NCBI RefSeq assembly: GCF_000143415.4
Contig: NW_003314313.1
Location: forward strand, 1,143,430 to 1,207,429
Source of the DNA: Selaginella moellendorffii
Taxonomy: Eukaryota; Plantae; Lycopodiophyta
Length of the DNA: 64,000 nt
Direction of reading: 5' to 3'
The notes beneath the pieces are model-generated. The model was given only the letters and a program-made list of their open reading frames with translations, made no database searches and was not told where the DNA came from. A program made the position numbers and the translations under genes. This document shows positions 12,645 to 27,138 of this stretch, piece by piece (position 1 is the first letter of the stretch; the number at the start of each line of letters is the position of its first letter).

Positions 12645-14678
12645 GCCCGGAATGTGGAGGCTGCTCCAAACTTTCGCTTCGTCTCGTCATCATCGGAACC
12701 GCTACTGTCGTCTTGAGGAGCCACCGGCTTGTGACGAAGGCCGTGCTCCATCCCATGCCTGGTGAAGGAGATTACGTGCTGGTACTCGTCCTTGGCCTCG
12801 GCAATGCAGCCTTCCTTTGCCAGCATCACGGCCTGGCCGTGGTGCGAGATTTCAATCTCCGTGGGGTTTCCGTGGTGGGATTCTGGCAGGGGTTGTTTCC
12901 ACGGCTCGCCATCCATTCGCATGTAAGTGTGGCTGCTCGTGGAGCCAGCTTGAAAGACTATCTTCACCCGGTTGGCCTGTGGGACACACAAAGGTGGTGA
13001 GACGAAGGAGATCAATATAAATACCTGTGCGAGACGTGTCCCGTGCCCGTGTGGAAACAGAAGGAACAGGCCATGCCAGGCGTCCCTGAATCCCACAATC
13101 TCTAGCAGGCCATCGTCGACCCTTGGAACTGTCAGACCCCGCTCGTGGGATAACTTGTCGTTCGGATTTCCCCAGGGATCCAAGCCTCCAGAAAAGCTCG
13201 GCAAGTTCAGCAGCACAAGCGCTCGTATGCTGTCATGAAATGCGGTGGCATTAGCCTCGAGAATTTTGGAGTTCCAGCGTTTCAAACCTTGAGGAGATCT
13301 TTAACTCCGTCCACTTTCCTTTATCGAGCACGTATACAGTTGCAAGGTCGTTAATGTTCCTGCAAAAAGCCAACCATTGATTGGTTCAGCGACTAGGAAA
13401 AACTGTATCAACTACGAACTTTGATGAAGCATGGCGCCTACAAGAAGGGCAGAACCAGCCTTGTGTACAGCCAAGTTTTGCATACGTGCACTGCAAAAAT
13501 CGAGTTAACTACTTAAAAGCTTACATTAGAGGACACTTACTTGATTTCGCATCTGGTTACTGAACTTTTCAGGGTGCTTCTGCCTCTGCTCATGAAATTC
13601 GTAAGAAACCTGTGCATCCATTCCTGCAAAGAGAAAGTAAAAATGATTATAAGCACTGGAGCGGTACTGCACCTCACCTATGCTGAAATAATTCCAGAAT
13701 CCTCCTCGATAGATCTGTAGCTTTTCCTGCAACCATGCACAACTCAGCTCATAAGTGCCTCTCGACAAAATTCGTTTTTCTTACGCGGCTCTCTTCACTT
13801 TTCTTGAAGACGTGTAACGAATGTGGAGCCTCGAGACCAAGATCAGTTGTTCCCTCCATTTTCATCGCTAGATGCCAGCTGCAGAGACAAGAAAACAAGC
13901 ATTCTAAGTTGAGCATGCAACAAAAGCATAGCCAACTTTTTTTTACCTGTCGACTTGCAAAGGATGGGCGTCCATGACATCTGCTAGAAACCGTTTGACA
14001 GACTCGGCATCTGTTCCAGGATTCTTCTTTCCCTGCTCGCACAAGAAAAAGAACCAGTTTTCATTGGAGAAGAACATCCGAAACAGTACCCATCCGAAAG
14101 AAAACGGGAGATTGTTGCCGGTTCCAAGAGGAATAGTTGCAATAGGAATTGGCTTCTCGAGCCTCAAGTCTCCCATAATTCCAAGTAACCAGCCGGCGGT
14201 ACCATCGCCTCCAGCAACCTGTAGGCACATCAAATCAAACTCTCCACGAGAGGGCAGTAGCCGAGACTCACCACAAGCCGCAACCGCTCGCGAATTTCTC
14301 CGGCAACTTCATCTCCTGCCTCTGTTAAATCTTTCAAGCGCTTGAGTATCCGATCTAGAACCCTGTCCGGAGCTTCCTCGCTCAGATCAAACAACTGAAG
14401 AAGAAAAGCAAGATTTTAGAGAAGAACCCAAAGTGGTCCTGAACTTAAGGTACCTGGCGTGAATCCAGGAGCATCTTGCAAGTCTGGAGGAGAACTTTGC
14501 CAAGCTGCCCACCACTTTTGGTGTTGATAAAGACGAGCACCGGACACTTTGGAATGCGGAAGCCATCTGAAGCCGAATGCCCCCTCCCATCTCCCGTCCA
14601 CACAAACTCGGGAATCTTTAAGTCCTCCAGATCCAGCGACTCACTGTTTTGCCTCCTCTTGTCGAGGTGCTTTTTCAT
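12641..14678 (-). CDS. DGK: Diacylglycerol kinase (plant DGK5/6-like), multi-exon
   Basis: Motifs [48 protein letters not shown]|[28 protein letters not shown] and C-terminal [12 protein letters not shown] assumed at 14678. Confidence 0.92.
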
Positions 14679-14858
14679 CTTGATCTTGATCACACCCCGT
14701 CTGATCTGAAAATTCTGCTGCCTGACAATCGTGTCCAACAAAGAATTGGAGATGAGATAAAGCCGGACCGGACCGACTTCTTCTCGTCACCGAAGCGTGA
14801 TCTCGGGAACAACCTGCCCTCGTTCCTACCTATAACCTAATACGCGGAGCTCGCTTTT

Positions 14859-16110
14859 TCAGCTGCGAAGACCAAGGCCCTTCCTGGTCTTCCCAACGAA
14901 CAAGTCCCGGCTCTTGACAAGGCCAGGGATCCAGCCAACAAAAGTTCCAAAGGGGAGTTGAGCTACTCCTGCGTGACGCCCCAGAGAAACCAGTCCCATT
15001 GCCCGTTCCAGCGGACAGTAGCACCTTAAGTCGCCGCAATCAGCATCATTCGTCAGCTTTCGGATGTTTGCGGCGACGACCTTGGCGTGCTTCTCGGCGA
15101 GAAATCCTTGCTTAATCTCCTGTAAAGATGTTTAGAGTAGAAGAAGAGATGCTAGATATAGGTTCCTACCTTCAGGTCGGTGATGTCTCCACACGCAAAC
15201 ACGTTCCGCGTTCCACTCACGAGTAGCGCCGAGTCGACCCGTAATCTTCCATTGCCGTCGAGGGAGTCCTCCAGGAAGGTGCCCTTGAGCCAGGAGCTGC
15301 TGGGCCTGGAACCCGTGCACACGAAGTGTGTGTCCGCTGGGATTTGCTTCCCGGACTCTGTGGTAAAGATTGGTGGCGAGGCCGAGCTTGTGATTCGCTC
15401 CTTCAGAAGAACCCGGACAGATTTGGACGTCAACCAGTTGAGAGCCTTGGTGGAAGCCGAGGGGCCGAGGAACTCGATGAGCCGAGGACCGCCTTGTACC
15501 AAAGATACGCTTTTCTCGGGAAAGTCCGTGACAATCTCTCCAGCAAGTTCCACGCCGACGGGACCTCCACCAACGACGAGAATCGAACTTGCTCGCTTCA
15601 GCCTCTCATGGTCTGTTGTTCATGGAACCAAAACGTGAGTGAGAAAACAAAACGAGGAAAAAGGCTTTGAAGTTACAAACCAGCCAAGATTTCTTGAATG
15701 CGGTCTCGTCTAGTGGGTGCACCCTTGGCATGCGATCCGGTGCTGATGACCAAAAAGTCGTAAGGGAGTTTTCGGCCGGTGCTAGTCGAGACCTGAGCAG
15801 GAGAACTGCTCACACTCACGGCCGCGCTTTGGACGAGCTCCACTTGCGTCAGAAACTCCGAGTATGGAACGATGGATCGCTCCGCGAATGAAGGCTCGAC
15901 TGTGTTTCGAAGAGCACCGTAAGGTATCTCCAAGTAATCCTTCCTGCCAATATCATCACATCACTTTCTCAAGACAAACAAGAGAAGAAAACGAGAGACT
16001 TACGGATCGATCAGCGAAACCGAGGCCTCCGATTCAAGAGCTTTTGCCACATGCACCCCGGCAATGCCACCTCCCACCACCACAACACGCTGCTTCCTCC
16101 TCTTGTCCAT
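14859..16110 (-). CDS. AIF/FSP1-like FAD-dependent pyridine nucleotide-disulfide oxidoreductase, multi-exon
   Basis: MDKRRKQRVVVVGGGIAG (first Rossmann motif), YDFLVISTGS, ILVVGGGPVGVELAGEI, NVFACGDIT, terminal VKSRDLFVGKTRKGLGLRS*. Confidence 0.88.
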
Positions 16111-16196
16111 TTCTACAGTATCTATCTAGGATCAAAAAATTTCTCCCTGTCTACGTTTCGAATCTTCGATCAACACGTAACTAGCTAGCTGAAATT

Positions 16197-16430
16197 CTAG
16201 CTAGCTAGCTGCCTCTCTACCTCTTTGCAAGCATCCTTCAGCGTGGCGACCAGATCCTGGAGCTCCTCAACCCCACACACGAAGTGAATCGCAATTGGAG
16301 GCTGCGATCCAGCTGGAGCTTCCAGGCTCACATTGTAGAACACATCCTTGGCGGCGCTACCACTGCTCCGCTCCACACACAAATCGCGCCCCCATTCCAC
16401 TCCCACAATCCTTGGAACGCCCCCGTCCAT
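16197..16430 (-). CDS. COMM-domain-only small protein (COMMD3-like), 77 aa from ATG
   Basis: PRIVGVEWGRD...IHFVCGVEELQDLVATLKDACKEVER closely resembles the COMMD3 C-terminus as I recall it (FSCSMEQLQDLVGKLKDA). An in-frame stop lies upstream. Confidence 0.6.
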   Translation of the reverse strand: MDGGVPRIVGVEWGRDLCVERSSGSAAKDVFYNVSLEAPAGSQPPIAIHFVCGVEELQDLVATLKDACKEVERQLAS

Positions 16431-16534
16431 TCCCAAGAACCCTAAAAGTAGATCAATGGCAAAATGGAGTTCTTTTATTGGTCATGGACAACGTTCCTCG
16501 TATTTAAAAAAGTATCGATGGAGGAGTGAGAAGC

Positions 16535-18174
<1,640 letters not shown>

Positions 18175-18461
18175 TCACTCCCCCTTCTCTCTCTCTCACC
18201 CACACCACCACATGATGCGTGCCTGTGGTCTTGACCTAGCTCCTTGCCTCCGACCTAATTAATCTCGACCGTTGGATTATTTTGGCGCCGGGCGAGCAGA
18301 TTAATCGCCCATTCGCCCTTCCAAAACGTCCTCGCATTTACCCGGTCTGGGCAAAGTCAAACTGTCCGGCGTGCCACGTGTAAAAGGGGTGTAAAGGCAC
18401 GGCTCCTCATTGGTCAAGCGGCCCCCCAGCCAGATAGCTAGGGCAGCGTTGTGCGTGGTGA

Positions 18462-18959
<498 letters not shown>

Positions 18960-18994
18960 ACACGAGCAAGAACAAGCAAGCCGGATCGGGCATC

Positions 18995-19022
18995 TACACC
19001 ACCACCACCACCACCACCACCA
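18995..19022 (+). repeat. (ACC)n microsatellite in UBC 3' UTR
   Basis: Run of acc triplets directly visible. Confidence 0.8.
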
Positions 19023-19563
19023 TCCCCCATCTTGGTCAGTTCTTCTCGGTTCTTATTTATGCGATCTCATTCGTGTTCCAGGGTTTCTTTCGCTTCCTTC
19101 CCTCTCCATTCTCAAGTGAGTGAGTTACACTGACCCCGATCTAGTGAAATCAAAACCCATCTTTGTCTATAAACTTCACATCTATCTTGAGAAAACAACA
19201 AGCGAAAAGCTTGTAGTCTCCCGAATTTCGAGTGGCAAGAAGAAACTTTGGCTTTTGGTAGATTTTGGAGGGCGATGTCAAGGGACATGGATGCACGATC
19301 ACAAAAAAGAAAACAAAAACAGCGAAGTTCTTCCCACCAGATGAAATGTTCCGCGCATATTCCTTCTTTGTGGTGGGAAGCCTCAAATTTGGTGGGGTTT
19401 TTTTTTTCTTGTGGGGTCTCAGTTCCTTCTTGGAATGGCTAGGGCGGGGCGGGCGATCTATGGCGCTGTATAGCCACCACCAGGTATGGGCATGGCTATT
19501 TAGGCAAGGGTCCAAGTAGTTCCACCGCCGCCGCCCGCTGCTTTCCCAAGATCCAAGAAAGGA

Positions 19564-21198
19564 ATGGGGTGCTCGTCATCCAAGAATGTGGATGTCTACC
19601 ATGGCAGCAAAGCGCAGCCTCTTGCTCGATCTCCCGTTGACGATGCGCACCTCGTCGCCCTCACATCCAGCACGTATGGATTCTTGCGGGTGGATTCGCA
19701 CAAGAAATCTTCGTCCGAGGAAGCAGCGGCTGTGGCGGACGATCCGGTGAACGAGGTGTATCAGAAGATGATGAGCTTGGATTCGGGGGGCTCACAGTTG
19801 CCGCAGTCGTGGTCGGAGGTGAACAGTGTTCTCACGCAGCTTAAGTCGCAGGCGCAGCACAAGAAAACCAGCGCCAGTGCTCTTTCCGGGAGAGTCGAGC
19901 CCGAGACCGTGGATGTTTTGAAGCTGCTCCAGAGTGTGGAGGAGGCACCACCGAAAGCTCCGAAAGCTCCAGCTCCAGCAGCAGCGTCTCCGCCGTCGCA
20001 GCCCAAGCGAGAGTTTTCGGTGATCCACACTCTGGAAGAAGTCGACCAGCTCGCGCACTCCAACTCGGCTGCCTCTCAAGACAGCGACACCGAAAGCGAG
20101 GAGGATTTCTTCCGGCACAGCAGCATGCCAAACGGCCGGTCGAGCGGCGGCGCGAATGCAACCAACAGGTTCTCGATGAGCTCGGTGGTGAGACGCCCCG
20201 ATAGCAGGTCCAAGGTGCCGAGCAAGGCGTCGAGATCATTGTCGACGTATGGCGATGGTGGTGGTGGTGGCGACGCTGGTCGACAAGTGGATAGTACGCT
20301 GTTTGATGCCGAGTTCCTCGAGTCATTCAGGGAGGCTTTCGAGCAGTTGTCGACAGGCGTTTCCGCTGCTGCTACTGCCGCGGCGGGGAAGCAGGGACTT
20401 TCCCAGCCTCGGCCGAAGGTGTCAGTGGCGGCAAAGAGCAAGGCCATGGTCCCTTCTCAAGCAGCAAATCGCCAAGACAGGAGTAAGGTGGCGGCGCCGC
20501 CTGCAATGCCAGTATCAGATCGCGAAGAAGAAGAAGCCGAGCAGCAAGCAAGTCGTGGCCGCGGAGAGACAAGGACGGATTCGAAGGCTGGCACAGTGCA
20601 GAGCAAGGTGGCGGATTGGAACAAGAAGAACCAAGCGGCGGATCGAAGCTACAGCAGCAAAGCCGCTCCTCCTGCTCCACCACCACCACCACCACCACCA
20701 CCAGCTATGGAGATCGATTTGCTGCAACACTGTCCAAAGAGATGCCCCCCGGATGGCGAGAACAAGGCGGTGCTCTACTCTACCAGCTTGCGGGGCATCC
20801 GCAAGACGTTCGAGGACTGCAACACGGTGAGGAACATCCTCCACAGCACCAACGTGGAGTTGGACGAGCGGGACGTGTCCATGGACTCGCAGTTCCGGCA
20901 GGAGCTCAAGGATCTCATGGACAAGCCGGTGCCGGTGCCGCGGCTCTTCATCAAGGGGCGCTACATTGGCGGCGCCGAGGAGGTGGTGGCGGCGCACGAG
21001 AGCGGCGCGCTGGCCAGGATGCTCCACGGCCTGCCGCACGGCAACCTGAGCAAGGACTGCGATGGCTGCGGCGGCGTGCGATTCATCCCCTGCACGGATT
21101 GCAGTGGCAGCTGCAAGAGCGTCGGCGCCGACGGAGGCGTCGTCAAGTGCCCGGAATGCAACGAGAATGGCTTGGTTCGCTGCCCGATATGCTCGTGA
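19564..21198 (+). CDS. Glutaredoxin-like domain protein with C-terminal Cys-rich zinc-finger (plant GRX-like family), N-terminal MGC acylation motif
   Basis: MGCSSSK start; VLYSTSLRGIRKTFEDCNTVR, ERDVSMD, VPRLFIKGRYIGG; CxxC repeats ending CPECNENGLVRCPIC. Confidence 0.92.
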   Translation: MGCSSSKNVDVYHGSKAQPLARSPVDDAHLVALTSSTYGFLRVDSHKKSSSEEAAAVADDPVNEVYQKMMSLDSGGSQLPQSWSEVNSVLTQLKSQAQHKKTSASALSGRVEPETVDVLKLLQSVEEAPPKAPKAPAPAAASPPSQPKREFSVIHTLEEVDQLAHSNSAASQDSDTESEEDFFRHSSMPNGRSSGGANATNRFSMSSVVRRPDSRSKVPSKASRSLSTYGDGGGGGDAGRQVDSTLFDAEFLESFREAFEQLSTGVSAAATAAAGKQGLSQPRPKVSVAAKSKAMVPSQAANRQDRSKVAAPPAMPVSDREEEEAEQQASRGRGETRTDSKAGTVQSKVADWNKKNQAADRSYSSKAAPPAPPPPPPPPPAMEIDLLQHCPKRCPPDGENKAVLYSTSLRGIRKTFEDCNTVRNILHSTNVELDERDVSMDSQFRQELKDLMDKPVPVPRLFIKGRYIGGAEEVVAAHESGALARMLHGLPHGNLSKDCDGCGGVRFIPCTDCSGSCKSVGADGGVVKCPECNENGLVRCPICS

Positions 21199-21656
21199 TC
21201 GTGATAGAGTGAGTATATATATAAAAGAGAGAGAGGAAGTTTCTAGGGTTCTTAGCTAGGGCTCTTGGCCGCCTCTTCGTTAATCCCAGCCACGGCTTTC
21301 TTTCTCGCCGTGTCTGATTCATCAGAGGCGCATAGCAAACCAGATCTGCAAGTTTCGCTGACAGCACCCGATTCACCGCTGGGTGTCTATCTGATAGTAG
21401 CTTCGCAGACATTCACCTCAGTCACTGGCACTGGAATTTCTCGACTCTAGCGTACTAGAATCAATCCATCGATGTCCTTGTTGGCCTTGAATCCAATTAA
21501 TACAAAAGAAAAGTTCTCGATTCGCTCTTGCTCCGAGCGCGCCAAGCGAATGAAGCGCGATGGAGTGGCGGGCGGCGCATTGGCTTCTCTTGACTGAGCG
21601 AGGCCGTCAAATAGGGTTTAACGGGAAAAAACCAAAGTGGCGTGTGTGTGTTGGAG

Positions 21657-21671
21657 AAAACCCTAGGGTTT
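21657..21671 (+). promoter_or_regulatory. Palindromic double telo-box (AAACCCTAGGGTTT) upstream of exportin-1
   Basis: aaaaccctagggttt lies about 40 bp before the ATG. Telo-boxes are typical of plant translation/ribosome-biogenesis gene promoters. Confidence 0.6.
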
Positions 21672-21711
21672 CGCAATTTGACGAGGAGGGGCGATCGACG
21701 CGGTGGCGCTC

Positions 21712-24700
21712 ATGGCGGAGAAGCTGCTCGACTTTGGGCAGCCATTTGATGTGCCGGTTCTCGACGCCACCGTCGCTGCCTTTTACGGGACGGGCTCCAA
21801 GGATGAGGTGAGTTTTAGCTCCCATTCGGCATTGCATTCGTTGGTTTTTCCCCTTTCTTGAGCTCCAATTGCATTCGCCACCACTCTGGGATCCATGGAT
21901 TGAGCGCGGATCTTTCTTTGTGTTCTTTCAGAGAGCAGCCGCGGAGAAAATCCTCACCCAGCTGCGGGACCATCCCGAGACGTGGAGGAGGGTTGTGGAC
22001 ATCCTCCAGACCTCCCAGAACCTCAACTCCAAGTTCTTTGCCCTCCAGGTAATGGATGGATCATTCGTGGCTTCTCACCGCCTCTCATCGACGCTTCAGG
22101 TGCTCGAGTGCGTGATCAAGTACCGCTGGAACATCTTGCCTGTAGAACAGCGAGACGGGATCAAAAACTACGTCTCGGACCTCATCGTCAAGGTTTGCCT
22201 TGGCTTTGCCATGTTCGTGATCAAAAACTCTCTTTGTTTGGGTTGAGTGCAGCTGTCCAGTGATCCGGTGTCGTTCCGAGATCAACGCTTATACATCAAC
22301 AAGCTAAATGTGGTGCTTGTTCAGGTCTGTGCCTGGTTTCTATTCTGCTCACAGGCTGATCACTGCCCTCTTGTGACCGTGGCAAACAGGTTTTAAAACA
22401 CGAGTGGCCAGTTAGATGGCCGAGATTCATTCCCGACCTCGTCGTGGCGGCTAGAAGTAGCGAAACTCTTTGTGAGAACTGCATGCTCATTTTGAAGGTT
22501 GGTTCTTCACTTTCCTTATGCTGCTTCTTTGACCCGTTCTGTAAAGCTGCTAAGCGAGGAGGTTTTCGATTTTTCTCAAGGCGAAATGACCCAAAGCAAA
22601 ATCAAAGAGCTAAAGCAGTCATTGAACAGGTACAGAGCTTTGCACTTAGCGCTTCTCATCGTCCTCAATCTTTCTGTGCAGCGAGTTCCAACTCATTCAC
22701 GAGCTTTGTCTCTACGTGTTATCGGCATCACAAAAGGCTGATCTTATACGCGCGACGTTGGCTACCCTGCACGCTTTTTTGTCATGGATACCTCTTGGCT
22801 ACATATTCGAATCTCCCCTGGTATTATAACCTTGTGGTTGCTCGCTATGCAGTTATACTTATGTTTCTATTTCAGCTCGACGCATTGCTGAAGATCTTCC
22901 CCATTGCGACATTTCGGAACCTTGCTCTGCAATGCCTGACAGAGGTACGTGCATCTTTCCATCAAAACTTTCTCTAACACGTGATATGCCTTCCACAGAT
23001 CGGTACCTTGCAATTCAACCAAATCTACGACAACAACTTTGTGCGCCTGTACCAAATCTTCATAACGCAGCTTCAGGTATCGTATCACCTTATACACACA
23101 CTTAACCACCTGTTTTGCTCGGGTAGGCAATCCTTCCACCGGGAACAAATATTCCTGAAGCGTATGAGAAGGGGGCGAACGAGGATCAGGTACTTGCCCA
23201 CCTACATCTACTTTGCGTCCGTATAATTTTCTCTGCACGTTTTGTAGGCGTTCATTCAGAATCTTGCGATGTTCTTCACATCGTTCTTCAAGGTTAACTT
23301 CTTATCTGTTTGATGAACTTGTTTTTCTACTTTAAACGTTTTGAAACAGTCGCACATTGAGATTCTGGAAGGCTCGAATCAAGCACCACTGTTGCTGGGA
23401 CTGGATTATCTCATCAACATATCTTACGTCGAAGACAACGAGGTTTTCAAGGTGTGCTTGGACTATTGGAATTACTGGATTGGCCACCTGTTCAAGGTTA
23501 CAATGGACACGCTCTCTCAACCTGTTGGTTTGCAAGTTGATGGCATAGGCTCCAACAGAAAAGAGCTGTATGCTGTGCCACTCTCCAAATTGAGACTGCT
23601 GATGGTCAGCCGTATGGCCAAGCCGGAGGAGGTCTTGATTGTAGAAGACGAGAACGGGAACATTGTCCGAGAGACCATGAAGGACAACGACGTACTTGTT
23701 CAATATAAGGTAGTTTCTTTACTTTTTCAATTGCGATTGTTAATTTTCGATTGTCAGATAATGCGGGAGACTCTAATATATCTCTCCCACCTTGATCATG
23801 AAGACACAGAACAGCAGGTACAATATCGATGTCAATCTTTTGACAGGTTGCTAACCTTACTGCGCTTTTCTCTGTGCAGATGCTGAAAAAGCTATCCAAA
23901 CAGCTTAACGGGGACGAGTGGACATGGAATAACTTGAATACTCTCTGTTGGGCCATAGGGTCGATATCTGGTTCCATGCAAGAGGACCAGGTTCTTTTCT
24001 TTCTCCTTTTTTCTTTTGTCGACTTTATATTGAGAAAGTAACTCTTTTCCTGCAGGAGAATAGGTTTCTGGTTACTGTTATTAGGGACCTTTTAAACCTC
24101 TGTGAAATAACAAAAGGAAAGGACAACAAAGCCGTTATTGCAAGTAATATAATGTATGATGCCTCATCTACAGCCTATGAAATTGCCCGGTCTAATGGTT
24201 GTATTTCAGGTATGTTGTGGGACAGTATCCCAGATTTCTGAGAGCCCATTGGAAGTTTTTAAAAACTGTTGTGAACAAACTGTTTGAGTTTATGCATGAG
24301 ACCCATCCCGGCGTCCAGGTAAGGACGTCAATTTGCAGTGGTGATAGATTGCATTCCTGTCATTTTCAGGACATGGCTTGCGATACGTTCTTGAAGATTG
24401 TCCAAAAATGCAGGAGGAAGTTTGTCATCCTGCAGGTAATGTATTTGTTTCGTCGCAAACATCCCTAGGATCTACGTGCGCTGCAGGTCGGAGAGTCTGA
24501 GCCTTTCGTTTGCGAGCTCTTAAAGTTGCTTCCAAGTATTATTCTAGATCTTGAAAATCATCAGATCCATACTTTTTATGAAGCGGTATGTGATGGGGCT
24601 CATAACGTAGTTCACTGAGCGTTTCGTGGGCGCAGGTGGGATCTATGATTCAAGCCGAGTCAGATCCATACAGACGGGAAGAGTATCTACGGAGCTTAAT

Positions 24701-26530
24701 GGAGCTGCCCAATCAGGTGGGCGGAGCTGTTTGCGTGTTTGCAGTTCCTGACTTTTGGCTTTACAGAAATGGGCGGAGATAATCAACCAAGCGCGGCAGA
24801 GTGTGGATTTTTTGAAAACTCAGGACGTTGCGAGGGCCGTGCTTAACATTTTGCAGGTACTGTCACTGGACTTGGTGCTTTAAATGTTTTGATTCGTGCT
24901 CTCCTGCAACAGACAAACACGAGTGCTGCAAACTCACTTGGACAGCCTTTTTTATCTCAAATAACTCTAATTTACCTTGATATGCTCAACGTTTACAGGT
25001 AGAAGCTTTTCCATTTCTAACCAGTTCCTGATGTTTCTCTTGTTTTCAGAATGTATAGCGAACTTATTTCAAGCAGTATTGCTGGAGGCGGTCCATACGC
25101 ATCTCGCACCTCTTACGTGAAGCTTTTGAGGTACGGTGGAGATATCTTTGCCTTCTCCGGTCTTATGTTTCTAGCAGATCTGTGAAGCAGGAGACGTTGA
25201 AATTGATTGAGACGTTTATAGAGAAATGTGAAGACCTGGAAATGGTTGCAAAGCAGTTTGTTCCGGCAATGATGGATCCCATACTCGGTGACTATGCTAG
25301 GAACGTTGCCGATGCACGTGAATCGGAAGTGCTATCGTTGTTCGCTACGATCATTAACAAGTACGTTTTGCTTTTCGATTGCCTGCTTATTTTGTATGAT
25401 CTTTGTCAACAGGCTTACCGGCTCTATGATCGAGGACGTCCCTCGGATATTTGAAGCAGTCTTTGCATGCACGCTAGAGGTATCTTTGGTACCTTTTTTG
25501 TGCCATTCTAATTCCCTTGTGTTTTCCGTTCCAGATGATTACCAAGAATTTTGAAGATTATCCGGAACACCGACTGAAGTTTTTCTCTTTGCTTCGGGCT
25601 ATAGCATCGCATTGTTTTCGGGCGCTTTTCTCTCTCTCGTCTCAGGTATCTCTTTTGCAGCTGTTGGTACGATTTTTTCTCAATGCTGTCAATGTGTTCC
25701 CAGCAATTGAAGCTTGTGATGGATTCGATAATCTGGGCGTTTCGGCATACAGAACGAAATGTTGCCGAAACAGGACTGAACTTGTTGCTGGAAATGCTCT
25801 CCAACTTTCAGGTGCGTTTTACTTTACTCGGTTCTTTGCTGTAATGCCTCTTTTATACTTCAGGCGTCCGAGTTTTGCAACCAGTTCCATCAAAGCTACT
25901 TCCTTACCATTGAACAGGAAATATTTGCTGTTCTGACCGACACGTTCCATAAACCCGGCTTCAAGCTTCATGTTCTCATTCTTCGGCATCTTTTCTGCCT
26001 GGTAAAAGTTTGTGTATGCAAGTTGGTTAAGCTTACTCTCGAGGGTGGGCTCAGGTTGATTCCGGAGTGTTGACGCAACCTTTGTGGGACGTGAGCGTAG
26101 CTGGACCTACTGCTTACGCAAACAACATGCTTTTTGTTCGTGACTATACTATTAAACTCCTTCACTCCTCGTTTCCGAACATGACGCTTTCAGAGGTACA
26201 CATGTTTGCTGTTTCGGAGGTCCTTGTCGCCTCACATGCTTCTTGTTCAGGTGACGATGTTCGTGAACGGTCTTTTCGACAACAGAAACGACCTGGTCGG
26301 GTTCAAGAACCATCTACGGGACTTTTTGATCCAGTCGAAGAAGTTTTCCGTCCAGGTACGTGATGACTTCGCTGTGTCATTTGATGTGACGAGGCCTTGC
26401 TGTGCAGGACAACAAGGACTTGTATGCGGACGAAGCAGCAGCACAGCGAGAAGCGGAGAGGCAAAGAATGCTTAGCGTCCCCGGGCTGATTGCTCCGAAC
26501 GAGATCCACGACGAGATGTTGGACACCTGA
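21712..26530 (+). CDS. XPO1: Exportin-1 (CRM1), many short introns
   Basis: [87 protein letters not shown], terminal [14 protein letters not shown]. Confidence 0.97.
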
Positions 26531-27138
26531 CCATTGATCGCTGACACACACACAAGACATTTCTACGCTGCAGCGGCACCTACTGGTGATGCTTCTGTGG
26601 GCAGTGTGAGAGAGAGTGCATTGGTGCAGGTTCAGGAAGGAGTCCTGGTAAAATGCCCTGCCTGCTTAGCTTCTCAGCAAGGCACACTGCCGGAATGGTG
26701 GCTGAAGTGGGACGAGGCGAGGAGAGGAGCTTGGATTTTCGTAAACTACGTTTCCTTGAGAAGTCTTTAGGAACGGGGGACGGAGGGAGGGGGACATGAA
26801 CAGCAACAACAGGTGAAGCTGGGCGTGGCACACGCCACAGCGAATGATCCTTTGGCTCTAGTGTGCTTTAGTGGTGGTGCTACCATACTACTTTTTACAA
26901 GATATGGCGAGAGAGAGCAACATTTTTTGTCCCTGCTATCGTGTAAGTAAAAAAAGGCAAGCAAAAAAGTCCAGGCAAAGTGGCTTTCCTTTGTTTAGCT
27001 TTGATCTCTGAAAGGCTGCCTGCGCAAAAAAAAGGCGAAGAAATCCTCCTCTTTTTTATTTGCTTGTTCTGTTCTCTTCTCGTGGGTCTTCCTTGGGCGA
27101 TCGTCGAAGCGTGAAAACTTGTGAAAACTTGTGAAGAC

